A DNA stretch of 64,000 bases from Lophium mytilinum (lineage: Eukaryota), in assembly GCA_010093605.1 (NCBI GenBank), contig MU004187.1:1372018-1436017 (forward strand). Reading direction: 5' to 3'. The position numbers were made by a program, and so were the translations under genes. Position 1 is the stretch's first letter. Each line of letters begins with the position of its first letter. The notes under the pieces are model-generated. The model was not told the DNA's origin, did no database searches, and was given only the letters and a program-made list of their open reading frames with translations. This document shows, piece by piece, positions 1-12,715 of this stretch.

Positions 1-680
1 CCCAGCGTTTCCTCAGGACTCTTCCGCCATCGCTTCTGAAAATTGCGAACTCATCCTTCTTGAGTGCAACCAGTGCCAGCATTACGCGCAACGTACCAAA
101 AACCCCTAACAAGAAAACGCGCAAGTCTGCGCATGCTCCGGTGCAACAAGCACCCATCAAAGACACCCGGAGAGAGTCCATAATGCTTATGGACCAGGTC
201 TTGCCCACTGGCAGTGCTCTCTCTCTCGCCGCCAACAACCCAACAAATCCCCACCACGAAACTGCTGTGCACATGAAGAAAGTCTTAAGCATTGCCGAAC
301 GAGAACGACGAAATGCTTTCGACGAACGTCTCACCTTCGCCATCTGGGACCGTGCCACTTCCAATGCCAACCCAGCTACCGATCTGATGGTCTGCCTCGA
401 AACACGGCAGACGATCGGTTTTAGATACGAGGATATCACTCGCGGCGTCGTCATCCACCACGGCAGCAAGGACTCCCGCGTGCCCGTCGACAACGTGCGT
501 TGGCTCGGTCGCCTCATGCGCAGATGCGAGGTTCGCATCATCGATGGCGAGCAGCATGGTCTCATGGCCAGTGCTGTTGTCATGGGCAATGTTCTCACCG
601 AAGTCGCTAAAGAGTGGGAAGATTGGACCGCTGTGGTGCAAGCTGGTGGCAAGAACGCAGACAAGCGTGGCTCGCACTAG
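1..680 (+). CDS. Alpha/beta-hydrolase fold protein, C-terminal part (5' end outside window)
   Basis: ORF ends with VVIHHGSKDSRVPV...IIDGEQHGLM, the Asp and His catalytic-triad segments typical of alpha/beta hydrolases; stop TAG at 678-680. Confidence 0.7.
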   Translation, partial: QRFLRTLPPSLLKIANSSFLSATSASITRNVPKTPNKKTRKSAHAPVQQAPIKDTRRESIMLMDQVLPTGSALSLAANNPTNPHHETAVHMKKVLSIAERERRNAFDERLTFAIWDRATSNANPATDLMVCLETRQTIGFRYEDITRGVVIHHGSKDSRVPVDNVRWLGRLMRRCEVRIIDGEQHGLMASAVVMGNVLTEVAKEWEDWTAVVQAGGKNADKRGSH

Positions 681-1380
681 CCTTTCCTCGATCATTGCAC
701 GATACCTCTACGCCTGTTTAAATCCTACGGACCTATGTACGGAACTTACGAAGCATTTGCGGAAACGCAGGACAGGAGAGATATTCGACACCGTCGACTA
801 CACGGCCTTGTTCCTAGGACCTTCACGCTATATCACGAGCTTCCTGATTCCCTGACTTTATCCTGAGTTGCGCCGACTTTAATCCTCTTTTTCTTGTGTG
901 CTTAATCTCTTATGTATACTCCTTACCTTTCTCTTCTCTTCTTCCACTCTTCTTTTCTTTACTTTACCCGTTTTCCTATGACGCGGCGTCGACGAGCGGA
1001 TACCCTTTGCATATTTAGGACCTTTGGGCGCGGGCACCTTTGTGGGGGAACTAATTGCCGTTGTGCCTTACTTGCTCGGTAAAGGCATACTATAAGGACT
1101 GGATCGTCCGATGTATGAGCTGTAATAAATGTCTTCGGACAAGAGTTGAGACTCGAGCTTCCTTCCCTGTGATAGCTAAATAACATTCAGCCGTGACTGA
1201 CGGCTGTGATATCGAGCTTCAAATTCAAGCACGAAAAACGACGAGCCATTTTTGGCTTTGAATATTAGGGCAAAATCTATCGTCAGCCCATAAGTGGAAT
1301 TATTCGCCCTGCGCCTTTCCTCGTTCCCTCCCGCCCCCTTCCCTCGTCTTAGCGTCCTCTAGTCCCTTTGATGTCACACG

Positions 1381-1540
1381 CCATTACTCCCATTACTCCC
1401 ATTACTCCCATTACTCCCATTACTCCCATTACTCCCATTACTCCCATTACTCCCATTCCTCCCATTACTCCCATTACTCCCATTACTCCCATTGCTCCCA
1501 TTACTCCCATTACTCCCATTACTCCCATTACTCCCATTAC
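1381..1540. repeat. 9-bp minisatellite (CCATTACTC)n, ~17.8 units
   Basis: Directly visible; two variant units (CCATTCCTC, CCATTGCTC). Intergenic. Confidence 0.97.
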
Positions 1541-2115
1541 ATCACACCATCGCCGGCTCCGGTTTCGCCCCCTAATCCTCAAACGTTTATTAGAACATTG
1601 CCGGTGCGGTTCAATTTGTCAGTTCTTGCACTAAATACGTCCTTTAACAGACCACGCTTTCATGAAGCTGTAGCTAATCTTCGTTTCCTGGTTGCCAATG
1701 GTGTTCCTCGAGGTTTGACGTATGTTATCGACAATCGTGCGGTTTTGCTGACTTCTAGGCTGCCACCATTTGCCCATTTTGGGTAATAGCAGTATATGCA
1801 GCCTCTCATTGGCTCCTTCACTAGTCAGTGTTGGAATACTGTACAGTAGCACTCCAACCGGAAGATACGGCGAACGTTACAGCAGGGTACTTCGGTAAAT
1901 AATCTGTTGTCGGACCTAGTTTTGCTAGGGTATAAGCGACCATTTAACTTCCTTCCCATCCGGGGAATGATCTGAGTGATGCATGCATCTATTCATATAT
2001 CGGGGTTGTCCCACTTCAATTCCGACCTCGAGCTTACAGAACCTTTCTCTTCAGTGCCATTGCTGCGGTCAAGAGCCAGGCTGAAGTTCAAATTGTTGCA
2101 TGTTCGTCAATAATC

Positions 2116-3884
2116 ATGTGGGCAAGTAACTGGGCTGCATTATTGGAGGCCGTGACTTTGATTGCCTCGCCCATCGTCCAGGTCGAAGCAGCCCATACTC
2201 TTCGAGCTCAGAATGCCTCAATCTGCGATGCAGGCACGAAACAATACACTGGCACAGTTGATGTTGGAACCGGAAAGAGCTTGTTCTTTTGTGTGTGCAC
2301 GAGAAGGCCCTCCAATACCGAGATGTATCCGCTGACCTCCAATATTTAGGGTTCTATGAGAGCAGAAACGACCCCAAAAATGACCCTCTGATTCTTTGGA
2401 TGACTGGGTAATATGATCCTCGCACGTAGTGATTATTCCGGCTGCTTCTGACTACAATAGGGGCCCGGGTGGCTCTTCATTGCTTGGCGCCTTCACTGAA
2501 CTGGGACCGTGTCTGCTTAATGCGGATAGCAGCTCTACGCACTACAACAACTACAGCTGGGTCAACAATGCCAATTTGGTTTTCTTAGAGTAAGAATGCC
2601 ATTTCCGTCTTCGACATCCACCTCTTCAACTCTCATTCATCTTCAAACTCCCTGTTCCTTCAAATATGCCTCCTAACGCCTCCCGTTCAACCAGTCAACC
2701 CGCCGGCGCAGGCTTCTCAAACACCACCTCGGAAGCCGCGCTCGTCGGCAACCTCGCGTCAGGCTCCGTCGACTTCAACACCTTCCTAAACCTCTTCTTC
2801 ACCGAAGTCTTCCCCCAGTACGCCTCCAACGCCTTCCACATCGCCGGAGAATCCTACTCAGGCCACTACATCCCGTACTACGTGACGTATATCGAGAAGC
2901 TAAAAGCGACGAACTCCTCCGCCGCATTCCCCGGCGTTATCGAATCCATCATGCTGTTCGATGCAGCCGTCGACTCGTTCTCCGCGCTCGACACGGGCTA
3001 CTACGACATGCTCTGCGAAGGCCCTGCAGGGGATATCTTCAACCAGACGTATTGCGATGCTATGGCTAACGCGGTGCCGGAGGTGGAGCGGCAGGCGGAG
3101 ATGTGTAGAGAGACGTATAACGCGACGTATTGTTTAGAGGCGCAAGGGTATTCGAGCGATGTGCTGGAGAAAGGGTTTAATGAGTTGGTGGATTTGGGGA
3201 TTAGGAATCCGTATCATCGTATGTGCCAGATTTGGAGTTTTTCTTCAAGCTTCTTTTTCTTGAGGTTATGCTGATTTGATGCGTTTCCAGTCTACCGCGG
3301 TTGCATACAGGAGCCCCTCTGCCTTCCCGCGGATGCCGGTAATCTGACCGTATATTTCAACAAGCCGGAGATCCAGGCCATGCTTGGGTATAGCGACTAT
3401 TTCTACAGCCCTACCAACGACACCATCGTCGTCGGCTTCATAGAAAGTGGCGATGAAACCATCCCCGCGAATCGTGAGATGACTTACATCTTGAACCAAA
3501 CCGCTATCGACGTTCTCGTAGTGAACGGGGTGCTTGACATAGCCGGTGAGCTTCTCCCCAATTAGTTTCCAGTCAAAGGAACTAGACTCACTGACCAAAA
3601 TAGTCAACCTCCCCGCTCAAAAGCGTATCTACGACGAACACATTCCGTGGAAGAATCAAGCCAAGTTTCGGACCCACTCGTACGTTGACTGGTTCTATGA
3701 CAAGCATGATGCGAATTCGACGACGCCGGTGAGGACGAAGGGCGGGCAGACGAAGAATACTGATGGCTTAGTCTTTGTGACTGTGGACGATGCAGGGCAT
3801 ATGGCGCCAGCAGATCAGAAAGAGGCGGTGGAGTCGGTGGTCAAACTCTGGATTCAGGGGAAGATTGGCGACTTGGTTGGGTAA
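2116..3884 (+). CDS. Secreted serine carboxypeptidase (peptidase S10), multi-exon
   Basis: Signal-peptide-like start; QYTGTVDVG..KSLFF|WFYESRNDPKNDPLILWMTG|GPGGSS; nucleophile motif IAGESYSGHY; His motif VDDAGHMAP. GT-AG introns at about 2291-2349, 2408-2460, 2590-2693, 3219-3290 and 3546-3603. Confidence 0.9.
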
Positions 3885-4275
3885 GCGAGTGATGGATGGT
3901 AGCCTGTGAGAGAGAATCAGGAGCGCAAGATAATCCCCCTAGGTGATAGTAAAGTTGGCTCTGTGTAGATTTCTTAGACATGTAGATTGTGTGACGAGTC
4001 CGGATGAAACAAGAATACTAGAAAGATCTGCGCCATAATTGACGGAACTGAAATTCCATTAGCTCACTTGTACAGAGCATTTGAGGTCGTCGAAAATGCA
4101 ATGGTCCCTGTTGATAGTTTTAAAAATGTGCAGAACATGATCGAAGTGCGGTAAGATACCATAAAGGTCAAGGAAGTGGAAATGCAAAACATGACCGATG
4201 TTGATGAAGTTTGAGAAAAAGATCCAGAATGTTGAATACAGGGTTTCCCAAGGTAGTCATCAGTAGCTGAATATC

Positions 4276-5639
4276 CTACTTAGTGTCCATTGCCTTCAGC
4301 CCCTCAATGATATCAACCCGCAGATCATTCCAGTCTTCAATACCTATACTCACTCGCAACATCGTATCTTCGACTGTATTGTCGCTCATCCGCCGCCACT
4401 CGATCAGTGACTCTACACCGCCGAGGCTCGTAGCATGATGGAACAAGTTTAGCTTGCTAGGGAATGACCTAGCAGCAGTCGAGTCCGCCAACCAAATAGA
4501 GAACACCGCGGGTCCGCCGTTCGGCATCTGCTTAGCCAAAAAGCTATCCTTCTGTAGACTGGAATGAGTGACCTTCACCACATGCTGCTTCACCAGATCA
4601 GCTTCTTCCCCTGTGATCGACCCCTTGATACAGCCATCGAGCCAGGCGACTAGATTATCCGCATTCTTGCTCTGTCTCTGTACTCGCAACTCCATTGTCC
4701 TAATACTCCGGACCCCAAGCCAGCCCTCTAGGTTGCCCATGACGCCTCCCAGGAACAGCCTTTCTAGTCTCATCTCAAGGGCCCTCTTGTTGCCCTCAAC
4801 GTCCGGCTTCACAGCCAGTATCCCACACAGCATGTCGGAGTGCCCGCCGACATACTTCGTCCCGGAGTGCATGACCACATCCGCGCCCCAGGCGAACGGG
4901 TCTTGCAGCTGTGGCGGCCCAAACGTCGAGTCGACGCTGAACAACGCGCCTCGAGCATGAGCACGCTTCGCGTACTTCTCGATATCATACGCCTCGCCCG
5001 TAGGATTGAGCCTTCCATATCTGTCAGCCCGAATCAGTCGAACCTTGGCTAGGTTGAAGCTTACGGCGTTTCTAGATGAACCAGATCTCCTTTCCCTAGG
5101 CCGGCTTTATCCCATTCCTCGTCGCTGGCATGCAGATCAACCGTCTTTACGCCATGCATCTTCTTGTGCAGAGAAATGACCCCATGGCACCCGTGATACC
5201 CGCCTGAGATGGCAATGACCTTGGGAACCACGCTCACCAGCAAGCCATGGAACGCCGCAAGGCCACTAGCGTACGTCACGACATTGGTGGATAGCTTCGT
5301 GGTGGCAGTGTCGGTAAAACCGGGGAAGAGGAGTGGTGCGAGGGCGGTTTCGAGGCGACTGGCATTCGGGCTCGCGAGACGGGAGTATACCAGTGGCGCA
5401 TCTGTACCAAGGATCTCGGGCGAAAGGTCTTCTTCTGATGTTGGGGCGGGTACGAGTTCAAGGGGGTCAGAGGGGTAGCGGTAGGTGGTGGACTAGACGT
5501 GGGGGCACAATTAGCACGCGCGTGAAAAGGAGGGTTTCGGTGTGTATACCAAGTGTATTGGCGGCGCTACGTCTGTCGTCTTGCTGCAAATATCATCGGC
5601 GTGGATGGCGAGGGTCGCTGGTTGGTAGTTCTGTGACAT
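4276..5639 (-). CDS. PLP-dependent trans-sulfuration enzyme (cystathionine gamma-synthase/lyase family), most like yeast YHR112C
   Basis: ATLAIHADD..TDVAPPIHL|STTYRY..VYSRLASPNASRLE..YASGLAAF; VDSTFGPP; PLP-lysine motif HSGTKYVGGHSD; ATSLGGVESLIE; LRVSIGIED. Two introns. Confidence 0.9.
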
Positions 5640-6295
5640 ACTGATAATGTATGTCCTTTTTACATGTATAGCGGCACTGTATAGTTCTAATAGACGTTGA
5701 GGGCTTTTCAGAGTCCAATTGATTGTCTCAAGATGAATGAATGAGTGTGCCTTTTGTCGTACTGCGCGAGAGGGAGGCAATGGGGAAGGGAGATATGAAG
5801 AAGCTATGTACAAATATCGTCGCGGAGCATTTCACGCCCTTCACCCTACTGTACGATATCGGGCCACGCTGTTAGTGGGACGGAGCCAAACAAGCAAGCC
5901 GCATCATATGGGATTACCTATCGCGGATGGCGTGCGAGAAGGGATGGAGTGGTATGAGTGGGCCATCGCGGGCCGTGTCACGGTTCTGGAGCAGGCTCTG
6001 CGACCTGATTATAATTCGTTAATGACGCGGCGATGCTCCGGTGATGCGGGGTACATTTGCCCCTCCATGAGCTGACGAAAATTTTCAGGGTCGAGCACGA
6101 CAAGATAGGTTGCCATCACCATCTGTGCACATTTGATAGTATACAGAGGATAGATTGAGTAGCTGGGGGTAGTTTGGCTGTCATGGACTGTGTCGTCCCT
6201 ACTACCGGATCCGTAACTTTTCAAGCCAGCTGCTTCCGTCGACCTACTGCTCCCTTCCTACGCCTGCACTCCATGCTCCGCCCGTGAGCTTGTAT

Positions 6296-7235
6296 CTACT
6301 GCTGGCCCGCATCGACAATGGTGACGGCAGCCTTGGGGGTACCGGAACCGCTGCCGACGGCCTCAATGGCCCTGACGATCTTGTACGAAGCAACGTCACC
6401 GTCCGGCACTTGGCCGAAGACGACGTGCTTCGAGTCGAGCCAGCTGGTGACGACCGTGGTAACGAAGAACTGGGAGCCGTTGCTGTTTCAGGAGGTTAAT
6501 TAGGGTGATTCAAGACCATGGCGCTCAGGCTGATTTGGGTGCTTACGTGTTGGGTCCAGCGTTGGCCATGGACAGTAGGAAGGGCTTGTTGTGCTTCAAC
6601 TTGAAGTTCTCGTCGGCGAACTTCTCGCCGTAGATGGACTTTCCACCAGTGCCCTGTTGATCATGTGTTAGCCGGTCGGTCTCATGTACGACCTAAAACC
6701 ATGCAGCGAGCTCGGTGAATGTCAGGACTTACGTTGCCACGGGTGAAGTCACCGCCCTGGAGCATGAAGTCTGGGATCACACGGTGGAACTTAGATCCCT
6801 TGTAACCGTAGCCCTTCTCGCCGGTGCAGAGAGCACGGAAGTTCTCGGCCGTCTTGGGGACGACATCATCGAAGAGCTCGAAGTTGATGCGGCCGGACTG
6901 AGCTGTAGACACTGCGTTAGCAATTGATGGATGGAAGTGAGGGCCGAGGGCATTGAGATGATTCGACGATGCTGGATGTGATGGCGCAAGCGTCATCTGA
7001 GGAGGGGCGGAGTGAGGGCAAAGGAACGCTTACATGTGGTTGAGCCGGTCTTGGTGATCTTGCCGTTGGAGTCGACGTCGACCTCCGGGCCGGTCCAGGT
7101 AACGTCGAAGAAGACTTTGATGACCATATTGGGATTGGTTGTGGAGAAGAATCGAGATGTTGGTTTGTGGTGGAGGGGGGAGCGGAATAGAAGAGAACCT
7201 TTGGAACTGAGGGGCATGGTGGGGTATTTGAGCAT
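6296..7235 (-). CDS. cypA: Cyclophilin A-type peptidyl-prolyl isomerase with in-frame N-terminal mitochondrial presequence (cytosolic start ATG at 7127)
   Basis: [78 protein letters not shown]; three introns; ends VTIVDAGQQ*. Confidence 0.95.
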
Positions 7236-7734
7236 CGCGGCTGGGGCACGTGATGGTCACGTGTGCTAAAACCAAGGTTAGCACGTCACCAGCCACCAGG
7301 GGCCGCTTTGCATCAATGCAGCTGCCCTGTAACCTCGGGTGTTCCCAGGTTCGGGATCCTTCAGATGAAGATGGCTTCTGTGGAGAGGCAGAGACGAACT
7401 CACGAAGGGCGCTGGAGCTGGACCGAAGCTGGGAGCTGGGAGCTAGGGACGATCGGACGCTGCGGCAGAGAAACTGCAAAGGACGCAGCGGGACTATGCA
7501 ATGGCAAGGGAGATGTTCTAATAGTACAGTAATGAACAGCGATGCAGACGTCTGTATACTGATGAAAGCAATGGCACAATAATGGAGAAGATTTTGGGCC
7601 AGCCCCTACTAATAGGATACCTAGCTAACGCACAAGCCAGCCCGTGACATGCCTTGAGCGCCACGCTAGGCACGAAAAAGGTGGCACTTTCAATCAAGCA
7701 TTTCAATACCGTCTGAGGTGCCCCGTACAGCTGT

Positions 7735-8274
7735 TAGGCTTGCCAAAGCTGGTGTTTCATGAATAGCTATACAATACTGGAGGACCTCAAACCGCAAACA
7801 TAGAAATGGTGGGTGCGTGGAGTGTATTAACAAGTTTCCACGTAACCCAGAAGTAAGAGGTTCTACCAACGTTCTTAGCTTTAAGAATGCATTGAGGCAC
7901 CATAGACAGCGGCAGACAGGTATATAGAAGGCAGCACGCGGGGTTTATAAAAGGTGGCACTTTATTCTGCCTTTTTATATCTCTCTGCCGCTGCATGCAG
8001 TGCTTTCATCCTTCCGAAGATTTAGACAAGATTAAAACTCTTAGGTTTAGGCTATACAGAAACCTGTCAAGGCACTCTAAGCAGTGGCAGACAGGTGCAC
8101 CTACCTACTAGGTAGAATAGCCATAAGATAGCGTGGTAGAATATATAAGTGGTAGTAGAAATTAGCAGTCCGCGAATCTATAGCGTATACCCACTAGCTG
8201 TAAGCTTGTTCAGCACCATTAGAGGTCCTTTAATATGCTATTGTTACTTATGAAAGCCAACTTTGGCAAGCCTG
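7735..8274. mobile_element. Non-autonomous hAT-like MITE (540 bp), partly RIP-mutated
   Basis: ~54-bp imperfect terminal inverted repeats beginning (T/C)AGGCTTGCCAAAG at 7735 and ending at 8274; flanking 8-mers ACAGCTGT (7727-7734) and ATAGCTCT (8275-8282) match 6/8; interior TpA-rich and non-coding. Confidence 0.8.
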
Positions 8275-8421
8275 ATAGCTCTCTAGACCTCCAGCAGACA
8301 TGCTAGTTTGATGTGACACTTTTCTTTCTGCCCAGCGGGCTAGGGCCCGCGCGAGAATAAGCCACCTCCCCGTCGCCTTTCATAAACCCCCCGACGACAG
8401 AGCCTCCTGCCGCCACGCAAG

Positions 8422-10308
8422 ATGGATTTCTCCAGTTTGAAGGACAAAGTGAGCAATCTCACGCTCTACGACCTCAAGGCGGGCGTGCGACAGGTCCAAA
8501 ATGGTGAGTGGCTCCTGGCGTGGCCAACCGCTTCAGTCGCTGGAGATGCTAACTACTCTTCAAGCCGTAATGAACTACACTGAGTGAGCATATCCGCATT
8601 TCTCTATCCTTTCGCCTCTCTCGCCGCTGTCAGAAGCCCTCCCGGGCTTCAACGAGCGTCCTCATAAGCCCTTGATCAATCGCCGCCCCTGCCTCTGCGA
8701 CCTCGAGAATCAATATGTGGCTAACTCCCTGTCTTCAGGATGGAGGCGAAGGTTCGCGAGGCCACAAACAACGAGCCCTGGGGCGCCTCCTCGTCTTTGA
8801 TGCAAGAAATTGCAAATGGAACATACAACTAGTGAGCAGGGCGCGAACTCATATCATACCTTCGCGAGACTGACCGCAATAGCCAATTGCTTAATGAGAT
8901 CATGCCCATGATATATAAGCGCTTCACGGAGAAAGCGGCGGAGGAGTGGCGGCAGATTTACAAAGTAGGAAACAATCTCTTTGATTTCTGGCCTTCCTGG
9001 CTAACTATATAGGCCCTTCAATTACTTGAGTTCCTCATCAAGAACGGGTCTGAACGAGTAATTGACGATGCGCGGTCACACCTCTCCCTCCTGAAGATGC
9101 TCCGGCAGTTCCACTTTATAGACCTAAACGGCAAAGATCAAGGAATTAACGTACGCAACCGTTCGAAGGAGCTGGCGGAGCTTCTTAGCGATGTCGAAAG
9201 AATCCGATCCGAACGAAAGAAAGCCAGGACCACAAGAAACAAATACGGCGGTGTCGAGGGCGGTATGGGCGTAGGCATGGGAGGAAGTATGGGAGGCAGC
9301 ATGTCAGGAGGAGGCGGAGGCGGAGGAGGGGGAAGCCGGTACGGAGGCTTTGGCAGCGAAGAAGCTAGCGGCTATGGAGCCTATAGCGGAGGCGTCTATG
9401 GCGATGGCGGCGGATTTGGAGGCAATACTGGAGGCTTCTCAGACGCCTCAAGTCGAAGAGACCGTTTCGAGGAATACGACGAGTACGACGAGGGAGCCGT
9501 CGCTGCGCCAGGCCGCAGGAAAGCGGATGCCCCGTCAGCCTCAACTGCTGTAAAGCGGGAAGCGAAGAAAGCCGAGCCTCCCAAGCCGAAGGAACCGGAA
9601 GTTGATCTGTTCTCGTTTGGCGACGATGATCCAGCGCCCGCGTCTACATCTAGTGGCAAGCAAAAAGCAGCGGCAATCACCGATTTTGGAGCAGACGACG
9701 ACGATTTTGACGATTTCCAGGCCGCGCCACCGCCAGCAGCAGCACCTACATCGCAGGCGTCTTTCAGCATTGCACCGCCGGGATCCACGTCAACTACTAC
9801 CTCATCGACTCAATATGCCCAGCCTCAACCTCGCTCTGGCACTCAAGGGGCAAATATCAATGATCTCTTCGCCTCCATCTCTCCGCCTCCAAGTAACGCA
9901 ACAGCGTCGCCAGCTCTTGCATCTGCGTTTTCTCCTCCAGCTATACCACAGCAATCGCAGCCTTACCGTCCCGCCGGATTCCAGTCTGCTCAGCCAAACT
10001 ACTTCACTTCCGTGCCCCTTGCGGCCAATAGCACCCCGGTTTCGAGTACCACCACCCCTGGAGTCATGTCTCCTTCTATTGCCAAAAGCACTCCCGGGGC
10101 TAAACCGTCTGGCGGGGATGCGTTTAGCTCATTGCTTAGCGGAACTGCTATTAAGAAGACTGGCACACCGACCCAGAGAGTCACATTAGCGGATATGGCC
10201 AAGCAGAAGTCTACCGCAGGGATCTGGGGTGCGCCATCTTCTACCAGTGCCAGCCAGCCTGGCGCTGCACCAAAGGCTGGCAACGGTCTTGACGATCTAT
10301 TAGGTTGA
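8422..10308 (+). CDS. ENT3: ENTH-domain epsin-like clathrin adaptor (Ent3/EpsinR)
   Basis: Spliced N-terminus SNLTLYDLKAGVRQVQN|AVMNYTE|MEAKVREATNNEPWGASS..WRQIYK|ALQLLEFLIKNGSERV..GKDQGINVRNR; acidic DLFSF/DDDFDDF motifs; C-terminal LDDLLG. Includes a 19-nt micro-exon (~8565-8583). Confidence 0.92.
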
Positions 10309-10717
10309 TGTAATTTGAGTCTTATTGTCGTTACTATTCGAAAGCATGGCGCGATAAGGTAACGGGGTTTGAATATTGCACGATGGGGAGAAAGGAAAAG
10401 GGGCAAGCCTAGTAACTAGATTGAACCACTTCAGAATGAATTTCGAAATACGTCCTACATTTCCGTGCACTATGTAATTCGTTATTTGGCAGGTAACAGG
10501 GCAGGGACGCCCCTCTTTTTGTCCTCTTGGCTTCGACTTATGCAATGAATTGTGAATGTCTGATCGTGGACATAAAATGGCGGGGTGGTATATTACACGT
10601 GACGGGCGGCCAAATCTCGGGTTTCACTTAAATCGACTCCGACTCATCCAATTCTACAGAGGCACTGAACTTTGATACAGACCTAAAAAGCAGAGACATA
10701 CGGACCAGACGACAATC

Positions 10718-12436
10718 ATGCCGGCCCCTCGCGGCCCAGTGCCAGTGCTGGAGAAGCGCGACCTCCCCCAGGAAGTCCTCAATCTGCTCGATGAGAAGCC
10801 CACCATCCACACCAGCGAGGACTTTCCCGATGTGTCCCAACCGGAGATCAAGGCGGCAATTGACAAGCTAAGATCGCGGTCTATGCTGCAGTATGAGACG
10901 TCGGATACGGAACAAGTCGTTCTGACTTCTGAGGGCAAGGGAATCTGTGACGAGGGGAGCCACGAATATAAAGTGTGGGATGCGGTGCGGCAGAGTGGTA
11001 GGCTGCCAATAAAAGAACTGCCGGTAGGTTTAGGAACCTCTTTCAAGCATATCGAGGCTTTATACAAGAGCATATACTGAATCTGTCTTTCTAGAGCCAT
11101 GTTGGCGCAGACTCGGCGAAGGTGGGGCAAGGAAACGCCTTCAAGAACAAGTGGATAAAAAAGGATGGCGACGCGCTGGTATTGCTGGCAAAAGAAGTGG
11201 AAGACCAGGCCCGGATCACGCTACAAAAGATACAAGAGACGAAGACATTGGGCGACGCAAAACTACTTGCGGACCTCAGGAAGAGGAAGCTCGTCACTCT
11301 GTCAAAAGTCATAACCTATACGGTTACGAAAGGACCCAAGTACGCCAAAGAGATACCAGAGGAGGTCACAGATCTGACATCAGATATGCTCACGAGCGGC
11401 GCGTGGGAGACTGCGAATTTCAAACCTTACAACTTCAACTCTCTGGGAGCGTCACAGAATGCGGGGGCTTTACATCCTCTAAACAAAGTGCGAACAGAGT
11501 TCCGAAACATCTTCTTCAGCCAGGGCTTCGTCGAGATGCCTACTGGACAGTAAGACACCCCTGACCCTTTTGAGAGTCTACTAACGTATATACAGTTTTG
11601 TCGACTCTGGTTTTTGGAACTTCGACGCCCTGTTCGTCCCTCAGCAGCATCCAGCTCGTGATATGCAGGATACCTTCTTCATTTCTGACCCTGCTAAGGC
11701 CGACAAACCAGGTCCGGACCCCGAGACAGAAGCTCAGATGGACGCTATGGAAGCAGGATCGCGCAAGCTCTTCGCTACAGCCACCAAGAAGGAAATCAAG
11801 CCTCGTGATTATGAGCGATATTGGAACAATGTCAAAGAAGTACACCAGAATGGAGCCTTTGGATCAGTCGGATACAGGTATCCCTGGTCTGAAGAGGAGT
11901 GCCTCCGTCTCGTCCTACGGACACACACGACAGCAGTATCAACATGGGTGCTGCATCGACTTGCGGAAGATCCCAGGCCTGCCCGCTACTTCTCAATAGA
12001 CCGCGTCTTCCGGAATGAGACTGTAGATGCTACGCATCTTGCCGAGTTCCACCAGATTGAGGGTGTGATTGCTGATTTTGGGCTGACGCTGGGCGGCTTG
12101 ATGAAGTTTCTGGAGGACTTCTTCTCCAAAATGGGGATCGAAGATTTGCGTTTCAAACCGGCCTACAACCCTTACACCGAGCCATCGATGGAGGTCTTCG
12201 GATATCACGTGGGCCTGAAGAAGTGGGTTGAGATCGGAAACAGCGGCATGTTCAGACCAGAAATGCTAGAGCCTATGGGCCTTCCTAAGGACTTGCGGGT
12301 GTACGGATTTGGGTTGAGTTTGGAACGGCCAACCATGATCAAGTATGGAGTGAGCAACATCAGGGAGCTTCTGGGTCACAAAGTTGATCTTGACTTCATT
12401 GAGAAGAATGCGGCTGTGCGGTTGGAGAAGAACTAG
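10718..12436 (+). CDS. FRS2: Cytoplasmic phenylalanyl-tRNA synthetase alpha subunit
   Basis: [92 protein letters not shown]. Two introns. Confidence 0.97.
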
Positions 12437-12715
12437 GATTGGAGATTACCGCCCATGGTACTCGCAGACTGAGCCTAGGGGGTTCTGGCGTTATTCGCTA
12501 AGTCGAATGAGGGTAGACTACAGCTTAGAACTGTTAAAATCCAACATCTGTACCCCATTACCTAACGCCATTTGGAGGATTCGTAAGGTGACCCTGTTAC
12601 ATCAGAACCGATCGATCGATTACTGGCACTTTTGGTGCGTGTCCATATTGCTCCGAGGATAGCGGTACATCCTTATAGCAGGACGAGTCGAGTATTGCTC
12701 TTGGTGGCCTCGGTC

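Noticed and set aside
1349..1634. ORFs encoding (PIT)n or (GVM)n
   Set aside because: They are translations of the 9-bp minisatellite, with no other sign of a gene. The unit is also not a TTAGGG-type telomere repeat or a CRISPR array.
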